From the NCBI GenBank assembly GCA_964252035.1, contig OZ176202.1: a DNA stretch of 64,000 bases, one strand, 5' to 3'. Below, piece after piece: positions 20,063 through 34,062 of the stretch. Within the stretch, counting starts at the first letter, position 1, and the number at the start of each line of letters is the position of its first letter. The translations under genes and the position numbers were made by a program. Under the pieces are notes generated by a model. The model was not told where the DNA came from, did not search any database, and saw nothing but the letters and a program-made list of their open reading frames with translations. The stretch is from Podarcis erhardii (lineage: Eukaryota).

Positions 20063-21599
20063 CTGAAAGGGGAAAAAACAGAAAAAAAATTATAGGATCA
20101 TGCATACATACATACATACATACATGCCTTAACATTAGATTGACATTTTCATGTTTCACAAGAAACACAGGCAAGTTGTGCTTCCAACCCACTAAAAAGG
20201 AGATTTTTTTAAATGTGAACAACTAATTGTAGGGTCTAATTTGTAGTACCTCTCATAACTTAAAATAGTCATATGGTACTTTGGGATCAGGGTCAGCCTT
20301 TGTGCCTGAGATCAAGTACCAAACCCCAACAGTCTGTTCTGCAAACATCGAGTGTCCAAGATTAAAAAGTCTTGTCACATATTTAAATTCCAATAACTGC
20401 ACATATATGCTGACAGATGTTTCCATAGCTGGAGCCTTCTTTGTACAGGATCTTGTCTATCAATGAGTACCTAGGCAATCTCCTCATCACGTAACACATT
20501 GGCTGCCCAGTTTCTAGCCCTAATATGCGTTTCTTTCAGACCTACTGGTTGGTTATCTGGAGCAACCTGTCATTCAGAAAGCTTCTTGACAGAGTCTCTA
20601 AATTATTATTCTTAATAAAAGTATCTATAAGATGGCTTTTGGGATTTGGCATGCATTTGTGACTGCTCATTTGTACCTGCCCCTTATGTCTAACTACTTG
20701 CCCTCAAGCTACTGAGTGGGCACATTGGGAAGAAAGAGGGGATGGATGGACTTTTATGCCCAGCGTGACTGAAGTGGGTCTGCTGGCTGTTTCCTTATTT
20801 TCCAAATTAAACAACTGAAGGAAATGGTGAGTCCCTGCATCTCACTAGCTTAGTGGAAGGGGGGTGGTAGCATTACCAAAGAGTTAGTGCTGTGGTTAGT
20901 ATTTTACTCTCCCCAATCAGGGTGAAATTATTCCTCACACCAGTATTATTATTATTTTTTGTTCAGTTCACAAAGCAGGTGGTTTGCAAAATGTCAGTCA
21001 AGTCCCAAAACACAACCAATAAAATGTTTACAAGAGCAATCCATTGAAGCAAACATTGCAACAGAACCAAATATGGCACCATAACCATACACAGCAGCAG
21101 TGCTTCAAGTAATACTGAGCCTCACACAGTAACATAATGCCAAACACATGGCTGAGCCTATACTTCTTTAAATGGGGTGGGATCCCAGTAATGTAAGAGC
21201 TGCCAGTGCCTCAAGGGGGAAAAGATCCCGCATTCATGACAAAGGCGGCCCTCAGTGTGTCACCACACAATGAGATATGCTTGCTTGTGGGATAAAATGA
21301 AAGAAAGACTGCAACCGCTGTTCTCAGCTTAATAATTTGCCCTTCCAATGTAATCTGATTGTTTATGTCAGTTGTGCATGCACCAACAACCACCCACATG
21401 ACAGCCCACGAGATTTTTCTTCTTTGCAGAACTGACAATTCCAATGCCAATAAAAAGTGGAGATGAGTCACTTATATAGGAAATCACTCTTGCAACTCCG
21501 CACATTGACTTTGTGATTGGCGGTTGTGTTAAGAAGTGCTGCAAACTTGCAAAGTATTAATGTTAATTAGCTGCCAGGGTGTCATGAATTGTTACTGAC

Positions 21600-21768
21600 C
21601 AGCAACGTAGTCTCCAAATCCTATGGTGGTAATAGTGATGAATGAGAAGTAGAGTCCTTCAATATAATCCCAGCCTTCAGTCACCATAAAGACAAAGGGA
21701 GGAAGAACCAGGTGGATCAGGACTCCCCAAAGGATGAAAATAGCAGTGCATGTAATTTGTGCTTTTCT
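21600..21768 (-). CDS. KCNK5: KCNK5 exon 4 (TM3, second pore loop TIGFGD)
   Basis: 169 nt, AG/GT bounded; RKAQITCTAIFILWGVLIHLVLPPFVFMVTEGWDYIEGLYFSFITITTIGFGDYVAG. Confidence 0.97.
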
Positions 21769-23198
21769 CTGCAATAAATGAAAGGGGGGGGGGGAAGGAG
21801 AGATAAAGATAAATTATTTTGTTCTCTTCTTGTGCATTTTGCATTAACGAAACAAACAAAACCACAATAACTGTCTATCCTGTGGCAAGAATGTAGCAAC
21901 TGCAGCCAAACTGAAGGAAGTAAATATAGGAAGTAAATGAGTAAAATCAGGTTCATTTGAATTTTTGGTTATTTCCGGACATGTTTTCTTCTTCTTCTGT
22001 TTTCTTGCTGGTAAAACAAGTAGCATCTTGGCATAAAACCATCACACCATGGATTTTCCCATAGCATTTTCGCTTTGTGAAGCATTTGTGTGGAACCTGC
22101 CCCACAGTTTAAGAGTTAAATGAGAGAAGCCTCTTAGTAACTATCATTCTCTCTCAAGTTTCTCACTTGTAGATTTTTTGAGATGGAGGTTCTTTTACAT
22201 GAATACCTCAGCAGAGCAAATAAAAAAAGACATGGCAAATACACAATGCAAAACCTGTGTTGTAATAAAACTATATGACACAATGTGATGAAGTTTAAAC
22301 CATTAGCAAGTTCTTTCTAGCCAGTGAAGATTCACCCAGCACCCAAGAAAGAGGGAAACAAACAAACCAAAAGAAACCCCATCTAGCAGAAAGATGGGAT
22401 TGCTCAATCCTACAAGAACATAATGTATTTTTTTCAACTAAGATAAGCCTGAGCCCCTCAAAACAGGGAATTTAGAGGGAAACAGAAGAGTACAGAAATA
22501 CTGTGAGACATGATGATGGTACAAAGGGCAAGGAAATATTATTTTAACAGATCTGGACAGGGTTCCAACCTTTTACATTCTGAAGCATATGCCACCCATT
22601 CGGATTCTTTGCTAAGCAACAGCAGGAAGCCAATGACAGTTCTGGTTCTGCACTCTTTTTTATTGGCCCTTATTTAGAACTTACGTGAAGAATCTGGGCA
22701 ATGCATTCTAGCTGCATATTTGAGCAATGTATTCTAGCTGCAATGTATGGACAGTCTTCGGACTATAGAAAGTAGGGAACAGAGGAAAGAGGGGAAGTTG
22801 GGGCAGAATGGAAGGCTGGGAATAGCTACCAAGGGGGGAAATTCACATTCCCAATCATCTAAAATTGTTTCTGATATGCTGATATGTGAATTATGGCTAA
22901 TTTCCCTATACATAGCCTTTTTATTTTTTGTGTAGCTCATGCATAGGAATTTATACTAAAATTTCAAGCTGCTTAGTTGCCTTGGTTTTAATTCTGTCCA
23001 GTACTAATTTATACTGCAAGCAGTTATGGCGTGCATCAATACTGTTATCAGTAAGGAAAGGTGATCCATTGCATCCGAGTTACTTCTAAATAAAGGAAAT
23101 GTTTTCTGCATCATCTGTCTCACAGATTGATTTTAAAGGTCTTCAGAGTTCCATGCATCCTGTGCCAGCAGTAAGATAATCAGAAATTCATTTCGTAC

Positions 23199-23365
23199 CA
23201 GGCTTACTCCTCTCTTTGTCAGGAACTGGCCCAGTCTCTTGGCACGTCCTCCAAAAAACTTCCCCAAAGCACTGATCCATGTTAAGCAGAGAGGAACACC
23301 AAAGAGTCCATAAAATATACAGAAAAGTCGTCCAGCTACAGTCTTTGGAGCAACATTTCCATATC
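23199..23365 (-). CDS. KCNK5: KCNK5 exon 3 (GYG filter, TM2)
   Basis: 167 nt, AG/GT bounded; GYGNVAPKTVAGRLFCIFYGLFGVPLCLTWISALGKFFGGRAKRLGQFLTKRGVSL. Confidence 0.97.
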
Positions 23366-24619
23366 CTGAAAAAGAACATTGTATTAAAAGTTACCTATGC
23401 CATTTTCAAGCACCAAACAATAATAATTTCTTCTCTGTGAAAGTTTTTGAGCTTGCTCACACATGACAGTTTTGGGTCTGACGTCCTGCAAGATTTTTAC
23501 TTGCCTCTACTGTCTAACATATGATCATTTAGTAAGTCACAAGTCGGTATTATCATAGCCTGCATATACATATCGGACACACATGGGCACTCACTGCAAA
23601 CAGTAATAGGATATGAACTGGGCTAAAGATTCTGTGATTACACATTGCATCCGCAGAAGCTGGCCTCAGAATTCTGAGTCCTAAGATTCTTTGCTTTCCG
23701 GTTTAAAACAAATAAAGTTTTCAGCCCTTAATAAAGACGTTTGAAAATGAGTGGATAGACAGTGAAATTTCAGAAGCCAGTCAGTAACCATGCAGCGGAA
23801 TACTGAACAAGACATTGTATTTGCCAGGCTGTCATCTCATGACTGATCTGCAATGCTGGTGGAGGAACCACCTCACTTAGCTGCTGCTCTGTGCAAACAC
23901 CTCTGTTCTGTGCTGTTCTACATGGTTATGAAGATGGGATCAGAAGATATTTTGTTTAAGGATTCAGACAGGTTACATATGCCATGAAAACTGGCACAAA
24001 AACTGGCACCCAAGCTTTATTAAATACTATATGGCATATACCAAATTGCTCAGCCACCTGCCACTGAAAGAGAGAAAGACAAAAACAATTCTCTTATGCT
24101 TTCAGTCCTCGTGGCTGAAAATACACTAAACAAGGACCTAGGGAGAGCAGAGCCCATGTGTTGTAAGTCAATAAGAATATTCAAGTTTAAACCAGTTTCT
24201 GCTTTCTTGAACTGTTTATACAAAGTTTTTCTGGGCAGGGGGAGGAGGAAAGAATGTCAAGTTTCCTTCAAATTATTTTAAATAATGGTAACAAGTAGAA
24301 CATAGTGCTTTATTTGGTTATGCAGTAAGGTTTCTACCTCCCCTTGCCCACCTACTCTGGTCAGTATGTTTTCTAACACTAAGCATGTTCTTTCTCAAGA
24401 CAAACAAACAGACTCTGATGTTTTCCTACATCTTACAAGATTTTTTTTAACAACATGAAAAATTTTGCAAAACAAAAAACAGCATAAATAAACCCTTTAA
24501 CACTGTTTTCTCTCATTCTCTCTCTAGCTTGGGAATGAGGCACAAATAATACATAAAGCTTTTTATTGGTTTGATTGTGGCAACTCATTTTAGTCGCTTT
24601 GAATCACTTTTGTGACCCA

Positions 24620-25262
24620 AAATTGTGGTACCCAGAACTCGACACAATACTTTAGGTGTGATCTAACCATGGCAGAATAGAGCAGGACTATGACTGTGAT
24701 TGTGGCACTTATACTTCCACGGACGCAGCCTAGAATAGCAATAGCTTCTTCTTTTTGCTGCAGCATCACACTGTTGACTCATGTTAAGCTTGTGGTCTAC
24801 TAAGAACCCTTGTTCCTTTTCACATGTACTGCTGGCAATCCACGTGTCCCCCATCTTATATTTGTGCAGCTGGTTATTCCTGCCTAAGGGAAGAACCTGA
24901 CATTTGTCCCTACTGAAATTCATTTTGTTAGTTCAGGCCCAGTTCTCCAATTGGTTAAGGTCCTCTTGAATGCCTATTCTGTCTTCTGCACCATTGGTTA
25001 CCCTTCCCAGTTTGCTGTCATCTGCAAATATGATGAGCATCCCTTCAATTCCTTCATCCAAGTCATTTATAAAGATATTGAACACCAATGGGGTCAGAAC
25101 AGAACCTTCAGTCACCCAAATTGTCTATTTTTTCCAGGATAATGTAGAGCACTATTAGAGAGCACTATTAGGGTTTGGTCAGTCAACCAGCTACAAATCC
25201 ACCTAACAGTTACCTCACTCAACCCACATTTTGCCACCTTCTTTGCAACAATGTCATGGGGG
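24620..25262 (-). mobile_element. CR1 LINE RT fragment (degraded) in KCNK5 intron 2
   Basis: Broken frames GSVLTPLVFNIFINDLDEGIEGMLIIFADD and [28 protein letters not shown]. Confidence 0.85.
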
Positions 25263-25335
25263 ATTTATGCATTCTTTATTCACCAGAGCTTTAAGAAGGA
25301 GAATATTCAGAAAGCAAGAGCAAGCCAATACTCAC

Positions 25336-25447
25336 CAATGGTTGTAATCACAGTAGCAGCAAAGATGACAGCATTAGGCCAGTTCCAGTAGTTGAAGGTG
25401 TCATTGGCATCAATAGAAACCCCTTGTCCAGCAGCTTCTGATACCAC
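25336..25447 (-). CDS. KCNK5: KCNK5 exon 2 (cap, first pore helix)
   Basis: 112 nt, AG/GTGAGT bounded; VVSEAAGQGVSIDANDTFNYWNWPNAVIFAATVITTIG; N-glycosylation sequon NDT at N77. Confidence 0.97.
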
Positions 25448-28400
25448 CTATAGAAAAAATGACAGCGGTCACTCAAAATGCACCCAGAGAGTTAAACAAG
25501 ACAAGCCATTCTTCCATTACAAAAATATTTTTTCCTTTACGAAAATAAAATGCAGTCTTCAAAATATATTTTACCCCATTCACACATGTTCAATTTTATC
25601 AATTTATCAGTGATAATTTTAAGATTGGCAAGAAAATCTAGTACCTCCCAGCTTATAATATTTTTCAAAACTCTATAGTATTTAATAGCTGTAGATTTTG
25701 GAAGTCATTGGAATTAAAAGAGTAACTATTCAAAGCTGTAGAGCTATCTTTTGTATTAGATTCTGCAGTCATAAAAACACTTGGGATAGTCTATAGTCCA
25801 GTTTTCAAATGCAGTAAGCGCTAAACTGAATTTGAGAATGATTTCTTGGTGTTGCTTTAAAGAACACGCAATGTTGTTTTGGGTCTTATCAAGGCCAGAG
25901 CGTAAGCATGGTGAATGGAGTCTTTTGGCAAAGCTGTTCAAATGAAAACAGTACAAGCACAGTGGAGTGCTTGTACACTTGCTGTGCTCAGGCAAGCCTC
26001 CATGAAACCAGGCTTTTCAGTTTATTTTTCTTTGCCTCATTTCCTAAATGAATTTCATGCTATCAGGGCTAACTGAGAAAGGGAACTGAGTGCAAAGAAA
26101 CTTTCAGACTTGCTGTCCCAATTTGAACACTAAATATTTATTTTGGGCATTTTGTGGCAAGCGAGCCCATTCCTGCGACTTAAGCATTTCAGTGTTTTAA
26201 ACATTTCTCCAAGTACAGCAGTTTTTAACAAGGGTGACCTCAACTTTTTGTAGGCATTACTTTGGAACACACTGCACTTCCAAACTTTTTTATTGGTCCA
26301 TTGTAGATTGCATATATTGATCCCAGCAAGAGATATGCATTGATTGGAGCCAACGAACCAATAATTTTGTTTTTCTTAACTGATTCCACAATCAGTTAAG
26401 GCCGCACTCAGAAAACTAGTGGAACGCAACCACAGGGAGCATGGTCTAATGAGGCAAGCCATTTGTGGCATGACTTTGGCGATTTTCACTATGTGGTCTC
26501 TAAAATGCCAGAACAAAATTGGTTTGCATGGGTATGATTTAAGTTATCAGAAAAACATGCAGCACTGCTGCACAGCACGGGCTCCACACAACTAAGTGGA
26601 CTGTTTGAACTGCCCAGAGCCCTTTTAGGAAGAGGTGTAGCAATTCCATTATCTCTCCCCGTCACTCCTCTCTTAAGGCCAAGTGATATTTCATTACCTC
26701 AGACTCCCACAGCAAAATCAAAGAATCTGAATGCCACTATGCATTATGCTGTTGGGCCATCCTGGATGTCATGATAAACCAGGATTTATTGTTACATAAT
26801 AAACCGTGGTCTTATCCACTACCCCTCTCCTCTGACAGGGTTGCAAAGGGGAGATCGGAAGCTTTCACTTCCATTTTTTGATTGACCTCAGTTTAGTGTA
26901 ACACCCAAACCGTAAATTGTGGCTAACCTTAACTATGGTTTGTTTAAAAAAATACAAGGCAGCTTCTTAACCATGGCTTAAATTTGGCTTGTTGCACGGA
27001 AAACCAGAGTTAAGATTAAGCATGGTTTGTTGGGCTGGGCAAAACAAGCAGCTGTGCTTATTAATCATAATAAAAAGCAGAAGTGAAATATTCATATGAC
27101 TGTGCCAGAGGGAGAGAGGGGAGGGGACAAGCATAAGGTTCAATGTGGCTCAATTCTGTCATGTAAAACAATGGTTTATGACAATGTCTGAAACAGCCCA
27201 ATATGCTAAGTCTTATGCAGATAACTTCATTAACCACAATCTCTGTTCAATTATGCATTTCAATCTATACCCTTGTCTGCAATTCAAAGAGTCAGTGAAG
27301 CAACACATGATAGTTTCTTCTTCCTCTCACATACAGATGACTACACTGAAAAGTTTCAATCTTACAACAGGCCACCCGAAACTTCTGGGCTCACAGAATT
27401 TTGGATATGTTGCTGTTAAACTGAGGCACCTTCTCCTCCCCTCAAAATTAATTAGATTTATGACAGCATTAACAGGTGATGGTTAATACAACTTCTTCCA
27501 AATTGGCTTTCTCCTATTCCTCATATATGAAATAGCAGACACAATCTTCAAGTGCTTGTGTTTCAGGGTAAAGAGGCGGGAGGCATAAATCAGCAGATGG
27601 AGAGGAAGAGCATATCAATGCAGTTCATATCCTGAGAAGCTACAGGGCCAACTCTTCTCACTGCTGTGTCAACATTTCACAAGTTCGCTCTCACAGCTGT
27701 TCTTCTGCCAAAGCTGCACCTCCCTCTTGTCCCCATTGGCATGCTTTTACCTAGGATGAGCCTTGCTTGACATGGCTTTCATTCTTTTCCTCATGTCTTT
27801 TGGCTATAATAAATCTCAACATGGAACTGAAGCAATATGGAGTCCATTTCAAAATACACAATCGAGCCATAAAAATTCAGGACACTTCTGGAACACAGAG
27901 CAGGCATTGTCCTGTTTGTTTGTCTTTTTGAGAGGGCTTAGTTATTATCAGGGTATCTAGAGTTTTATCCTAAAGGCATGCAATTTTTATTTAGAAATGG
28001 AAACTTGCAAGTCTTGTTTCTGTTAGTCATGTTTTTGCATACATTGCATACATGCATGTGTGTAGGATTTTTCCTAAATAATTGGAAACCTGCTTTTATT
28101 TCATAATTTCTTCCGATTCTCTTCAGCATAATTCAGTACATGGGCCTTATTTTGTGCCAACTCCTATTGTTGTTGCAGTGGTGGTTGCCATTCATTGATC
28201 TCAAGAGTGTGCCTCCAGGGACGAAGACAAACCACTGTGTTAGCAGCACTGACATGAACTCCCCAAGAGCAATAGGTTTGGTATCAGCTTGGCTGCAGGA
28301 GTTGCTGGAATGAGGTGTACGAGGTGCCATCCAACTGTCTTAGGGACTCCTTTCTGGATTGGTGTAGGCTCCTTGGCATTTTCTTCTTGGAACATGAAGC

Positions 28401-31400
28401 AAAACTGCTATGCTTGCCAGCATATAGCTAGAAGCCATACACACAACTCATGTTTAAAGGCACATGGTAACCTACCCACAAAGCTTAGTCACATGGCTCC
28501 TGCAATTCGAGTTCCTCAAACTTTAAAATTGCTGTTATCCACCCTAAGCCTTTAAGGAAACAGGGGTTAAGTTTTAAACAAATAAATTATAGTTCTAAGA
28601 GCACAGAACCAACAGGGATCTCTTCCAAAATTACAATCTCACCTCAGCTATGTTAATTGTTGCTTACAATGCCTTAGGATACATGTACAACCTTGAAGCA
28701 GACACAACTTACACAACTGAGATTAAAAATAAAGGAATCACGAGGCCGGAAAGAAGTGAATATTGTTGCATGGTATAAAAAGAAAGTAACAACTCTGAGC
28801 TGAAGACATTCCACAACACACTGAAGTAAATAATATTTGGGTGATTCAAACAATTTAACTAGCAAGCGTCGGGTTTCAGATTTTCTTAAATTTGGCTGTG
28901 AAAGGTTGCTTTAAAAGTTTCAGAATAAAGAGCCTAAAGGGCAGAGCTGAAAGCAGAGCTGAAGCACCAACATGTGCATAATAGAAGCACTGCCCAGTTT
29001 TTCAGCTGCTCCTGAGGCTTCAAAGAGATGCTTCCAGATTCCTCAGCTTCTCTTCTATCATAAAGGCTAGAAGCACGCCTGAAAAATTTCAACACTGCAA
29101 AGGAATCACCTGATTCCCTGACAAAATGGCAGCTCCCAAGTCCAGCTAAAGCCTTATAAAACAGCTTGGTGTTTTTTTACAACTGCACAATACTGTATTA
29201 TCAGAAGGTATGCTAGCACAGTCACAATTCTTATCTGTTCAGATAAAGCAGAAGATTATGGTCATATAAAACTTGTTTTGCTGCAATAGGTTTCATCAGA
29301 TGATGCTTATACTTATACACCTTGGCACAAGGCTGTTTACAAGTCAACACAAGCAGGAATAGCAACACAGGCAGTGACAAAATTAAGCTCTAGTAAAGAG
29401 CTAGACTGAACACCTTGCAATATAAAGGCTATACAGTTTTCAGATAGGGATGTGTTGAAATGTTAGCCTAGAAATATTTTCAGGGCAAATGAGCCTTTGA
29501 GGGGTTCAAAATATTGCCCCAAACCTGCTTATTTTTATGGGTGGAGGTTCCCTAGCATTGTTCACAGCTATTTTTTCTCCTGGACTGCAAATAATTCAGT
29601 ACCATTTCTCTGCTCTGATATCCACTTTAGTGGTCCTAGCCAATTAGACAGACAGTCAGTGAGATGATGCCAAAAGTAGCTGAGTTAGAGAAATGGCAAT
29701 GATTTCTGGTCCTGTGGTCAATGCTAACTAACCAGGAACACACTGCCTCTCTAGTGCCACAAAAGGTTTGTTCTGCAGTTGCAAGAAATCTATCCTTTAA
29801 TATGAAAGGACCCAACACTTGGAATTCCCTGCCCATTAATATTAGGCAGGAACTTTTACTGCATTTTTTGGCATCTGCTAAAAATAAATTTGTTTCAGCA
29901 AGCCTACCCAGGAATGCAATTTTTGCATGTGATTTCAGTAAGTATAGTTGTTGATAAAAAAGAAAATAACACCAGTAATTTTTAGTAAAATGTCACTTGT
30001 TTCTAATGTTTGCTTTTTTATATGTATCTTTTTATATATCATTATCCATGTTATATGTATTTGTCCTATGTGACCCTGTTGTACTATTATTTTCCTTATT
30101 TGATGAAACACTCAAATTTTAGAAACGAGAATATGCATTTAATGCCTGCTTCCAAGCCCCTTATGTAATTTCTTTCAAGATAGTGGAATGTCTGTGGATC
30201 TGTTATCTAATCAGAGGAACACACAAAATACCAACGATTTAGCCAATCACAACAAAACAGCCCAGGAGCATGGGGTTTGAATTTATAATCGGATGAAACT
30301 TCATATCACTGTTCCTCTTTCAGCAGTTTTTTATTTTAACAGAAGCCAGCAGCAACAGAGCAAAATAGTAGGAGACAATAAGCCCTCCAGCCACTCTCCC
30401 TGCAGTCCTGCCTTTGATTTCATCACTAGCCCTTTGGAGAGAAGGATGACAGATCAAGGCAACAAACAAGAAAGGGGACCCAGAGGTTGGATAAAACATA
30501 ATCACATGGGTCTACATAAAAATAGCAACACAAACCAGCAGTCTGGAGACAGAAACTTCTTCACACACAAGAAAGGGGATTTTCCTCTTCTTTCTATTTT
30601 CCCCAGATAAGTTTGTAACCAGAAATTTTATAAACACAGCATTTTGACGCTAGAGAAAGGGTGGAAAGAGGCTGAAGCAAAGAACTTTGGTGCGGAGCGA
30701 AAAGAAGCTGCAAAAAAGGGGCAAATGACCAGATCACATGCAACTTGGGAGATAAGCTTCACCACTTTTCTTAACCGTCACTTAAGGTGTCAACTCCTTT
30801 CCAAGCACTGAATAGGAGGCCAGATGCGTATGTGCAAATGTGTGCGTAACAAATACATTCCTAGGAATTAGGACTTCCTCAGAGTGTATCCAAATCATGA
30901 GCACTCAGGCCTTTGGTTACTGCCCATCCCAATTTCCCATCTCAGACATAAATGGTAATGTTATGAATGTTCACTTGGCCTCTGCCTCCCCAGCTGCTTG
31001 AAACCTACTGGCACATGACCAGGGTCAGGAGCAAACAGCCAAACAAGCAACTCTTATAAGCAGCCTCAGGCACTTGACACAGCAGTCTCTCAGGGACTCT
31101 AGGAAATTGACTTAGGATGGCTGTTAAATCACTCTCTGCTTCCCTCTTACTTCCCACCTAGTAACATTATTTGAGATTCTGTTTGATACTTGACTTTTCT
31201 GGGAATGCTCAGTGACCTTCGGGGGTGAGAGAAAAACAAACAGGTGAATTGCATTGTCTCAAGCTGGCAGGCAACACCCTAGAGGTTTGCAACCTGTGGG
31301 GAATTTTACACTTTCACTTAACTGACCTTAATAGAAAAGCAAAATTCGAAGGGCTTAGGGGTGAAAGAGTCCAGGATATGAGTCAGCATCAACATTCATG

Positions 31401-32678
31401 TGCACTTGTACTGAAGGAAGAGTGGGCCATTAATCATATATATATATATATATATATATGCAAAAGCCAGAGATACTCTGAGATGATAAGTAGCTGCATA
31501 TACCAATTCCCATATCAGCAGGGATTACTTTAACAGGCTCATTAGTAGGGGTGGGGAACTTGTGGCCCACCCAGATGAAGCTGGGCTACAGATCCCAGGG
31601 CTGGCCCACCCATGAGGTGGACTGAGGCAGCTGGCTTAGGAGGCAGAATCCAAGGGGTGTCACTGCTGGAGAAGTGAGGAGAAGTGGCTTCTGGCGAGAA
31701 CTTGTGAGGGTTTTCAAGAAATCTCAAGAGATCTTGCTGGAACCCACCACCATGTGATCCCCGGTAAGTTAGGCTACAGCTACTTTCCCATTTTGCCTCA
31801 GGCGGCAAAGATGCAATGTTTTGAGAAGCATTTCCTGTCTATCTGCTTCAGCCACAAGTGGCTGTTTGCTAAACTCAATTTCCCCCAAATCTTGTTGTTC
31901 TCTTCATCATGGCCCATGTCATGGTCCCCTGCAAAGTTTGTACCATCTTCTTGGCAGAGAAACATATGCATTAGGTGTGGAAGTCTACTTCACATTTACT
32001 AAACTGAACCCCTCACACCCTATAAATCAGTCTTCTGGCATCATCTCTTGAAATGAGAACAATGGGAAGTCTTATATGGTATGAAGACTAGTTACTTTGT
32101 TTGGAGATCTAACTGGATCACCAACTTTTAACTGTCAACATCCAATCTTATCACCCATCTCCCTGCAAAGCATTATCATACACTTTACTTGTAATGTTGC
32201 CAAAATGACAGGGACATAAACATCTGAATACGTGGGTCTCCTTACGCATGAGAAACCTATAAGGAGCAAAATGCTATTTCTAATTTAATCATTGCCCCAG
32301 CCTAGCTGATATATTAGGAAGATAGTGTATAACTTACTTCCTTTCAGAAGATTCATAGCAAGAGCATGAGACTCTTGAGATTAGAACCCCACACCCTCTT
32401 CTGCTTCATTGGCAGAGTGATGCAGTATAAAATTAATTGAGCATAAATTTAGCTAACTCCATCTGAAGACAATTTAAAAGAGCTTTGGCTTATTTCTTAT
32501 AGGGAAACTTTACTGTGAATTAGCCCAAAGGCATAATGGGAGCCAGGTAAATAGAGCAGGAAACTGGGAAAAGTTCACATAATGTCCTGGCAGATCATAT
32601 CTATATTCATAAAATGCTGACTTCCAAACAGTAGTTACGTACAGCATGACCCTTAGAAATGGAAGATACAAACGTAAT

Positions 32679-34062
32679 GGTGGTTGCTGAACAACTCCAG
32701 GCACGCCTGGAGGATGCAGACCATTTGGATCCCTTCCAATCGGGATTCAGGCCTCATCATGGGACTGAAACTGCCTTGGTCGCGCTGGTTGATGATCTCC
32801 GGCGAGCTAGGGACAAAGGTGAGAGTTGTTTCCTAGTTCTGCTGGATCTCTCAGCGGCCTTTGATACAATCGACCATAACATCCTTCTGGACCGTCTAGA
32901 GGGGCTGGGAGCTGGGGGCACTGTTATACAGTGGTTTCGCTCCTTCCTCCTGGGCCGTGTTCAGAAAGTGGTGGTGGGGGATGAGTGTTCAGACCCCTGG
33001 GCCCTCACTTGTGGGGTGCCTCAGGGTTCCGTCCTCTCCCCCATGCTTTTTAACATCTATATGAAGCCGCTGGGAGAGATCATCAGGGGGTTTGGACTGG
33101 GTGTCCATCAATATGCAGATGATACCCAGCTCTACCTCTCTTTCAAATCAGAACCAGTGAAGGCGGTGAAGGTCCTGTGTGAGTGCCTGGAGGCGGTTGG
33201 AGGATGGATGGCGGCTAATGGATTGAGGTTGAATCCTGACAAGACAGAAGTACTGTTTTTGGGGGACAGGGGGCGGGCTGGTGTGGAGGACTCCCTGGTC
33301 CTGAATGGGGTAACTGTGCCCCTGAAGGACCAGGTGCGCAGCCTGGGAGTCATTTTGGACTCACAGCTGTCCATGGAGGCGCAGGTCAATTCTGTATCCA
33401 GGGCAGCTGTCTACCAACTCCACCTGGTACGCAGGCTGAGACCCTACCTGCCCGCGGATTGTCTCGCCAGAGTGGTGCATGCTCTAGTTATCTCCCGCTT
33501 GGACTACTGCAATGCGCTCTACGTGGGGCTACCTTTGAAGGTGACTCGGAAACTACAACTAATCCAGAATGCGGCAGCTAGACTGGTGACTGGGGGCAGC
33601 CGCCGAGACCACATAACACCGGTCTTGAAAGACCTACATTGGCTCCCAGTACGTTTCCGAGCACAATTCAAAGTGCTGGTGTTGACCTTTAAAGCCCTAA
33701 ACGGCCTCGGCCCAGTATACCTGAAGGAGCGTCTCCACCCCCATCGTTCTGCCCGGACGCTGAGGTCCAGCGCCGAGGGCCTTCTGGCGGTTCCCTCATT
33801 ACGAGAAGCAAAGCTACAGGGAACCAGGCAGAGGGCCTTCTCGGTAGTGGCACCCGCCTTGTGGAACGCCCTCCCATCAGATGTCAAAGCGATAAATAAC
33901 TACCTGACATTCAGAAGACATCTTAAGGCAGCCCTGTTCAGGGAAGTTTTTAATCTGTGATATTTTAGTGTATTTCTGGTTTTTATGGAAGCCGCCCAGA
34001 GTGGCTGGGGAAACCCAGCCAGATGGGCGGGGTACAAATAATAAATTATTATTATTATTATT
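32679..34062 (+). mobile_element. 5'-truncated young L2-clade LINE in KCNK5 intron 1, antisense to the gene
   Basis: Open RT frame to stop 33960 (QSGFR, LDLSAAFD, GVPQGSVL, YADD); 3' UTR with (ATT)n tail; possible TSD AACGTAAT (32671-78) / AATGTAAT (34063-70). Confidence 0.93.

Noticed and set aside
20063-20222. N-terminal part of the 325-aa ORF
   Set aside because: Intron 4 sequence (polypyrimidine tract, ATAC repeat) upstream of the true acceptor.
30294-31030. Possible minus-strand solo LTR in intron 1 (TATA-like at about 30630, AATAAA at about 30330)
   Set aside because: No defensible termini or TSD; needs a repeat-library search.
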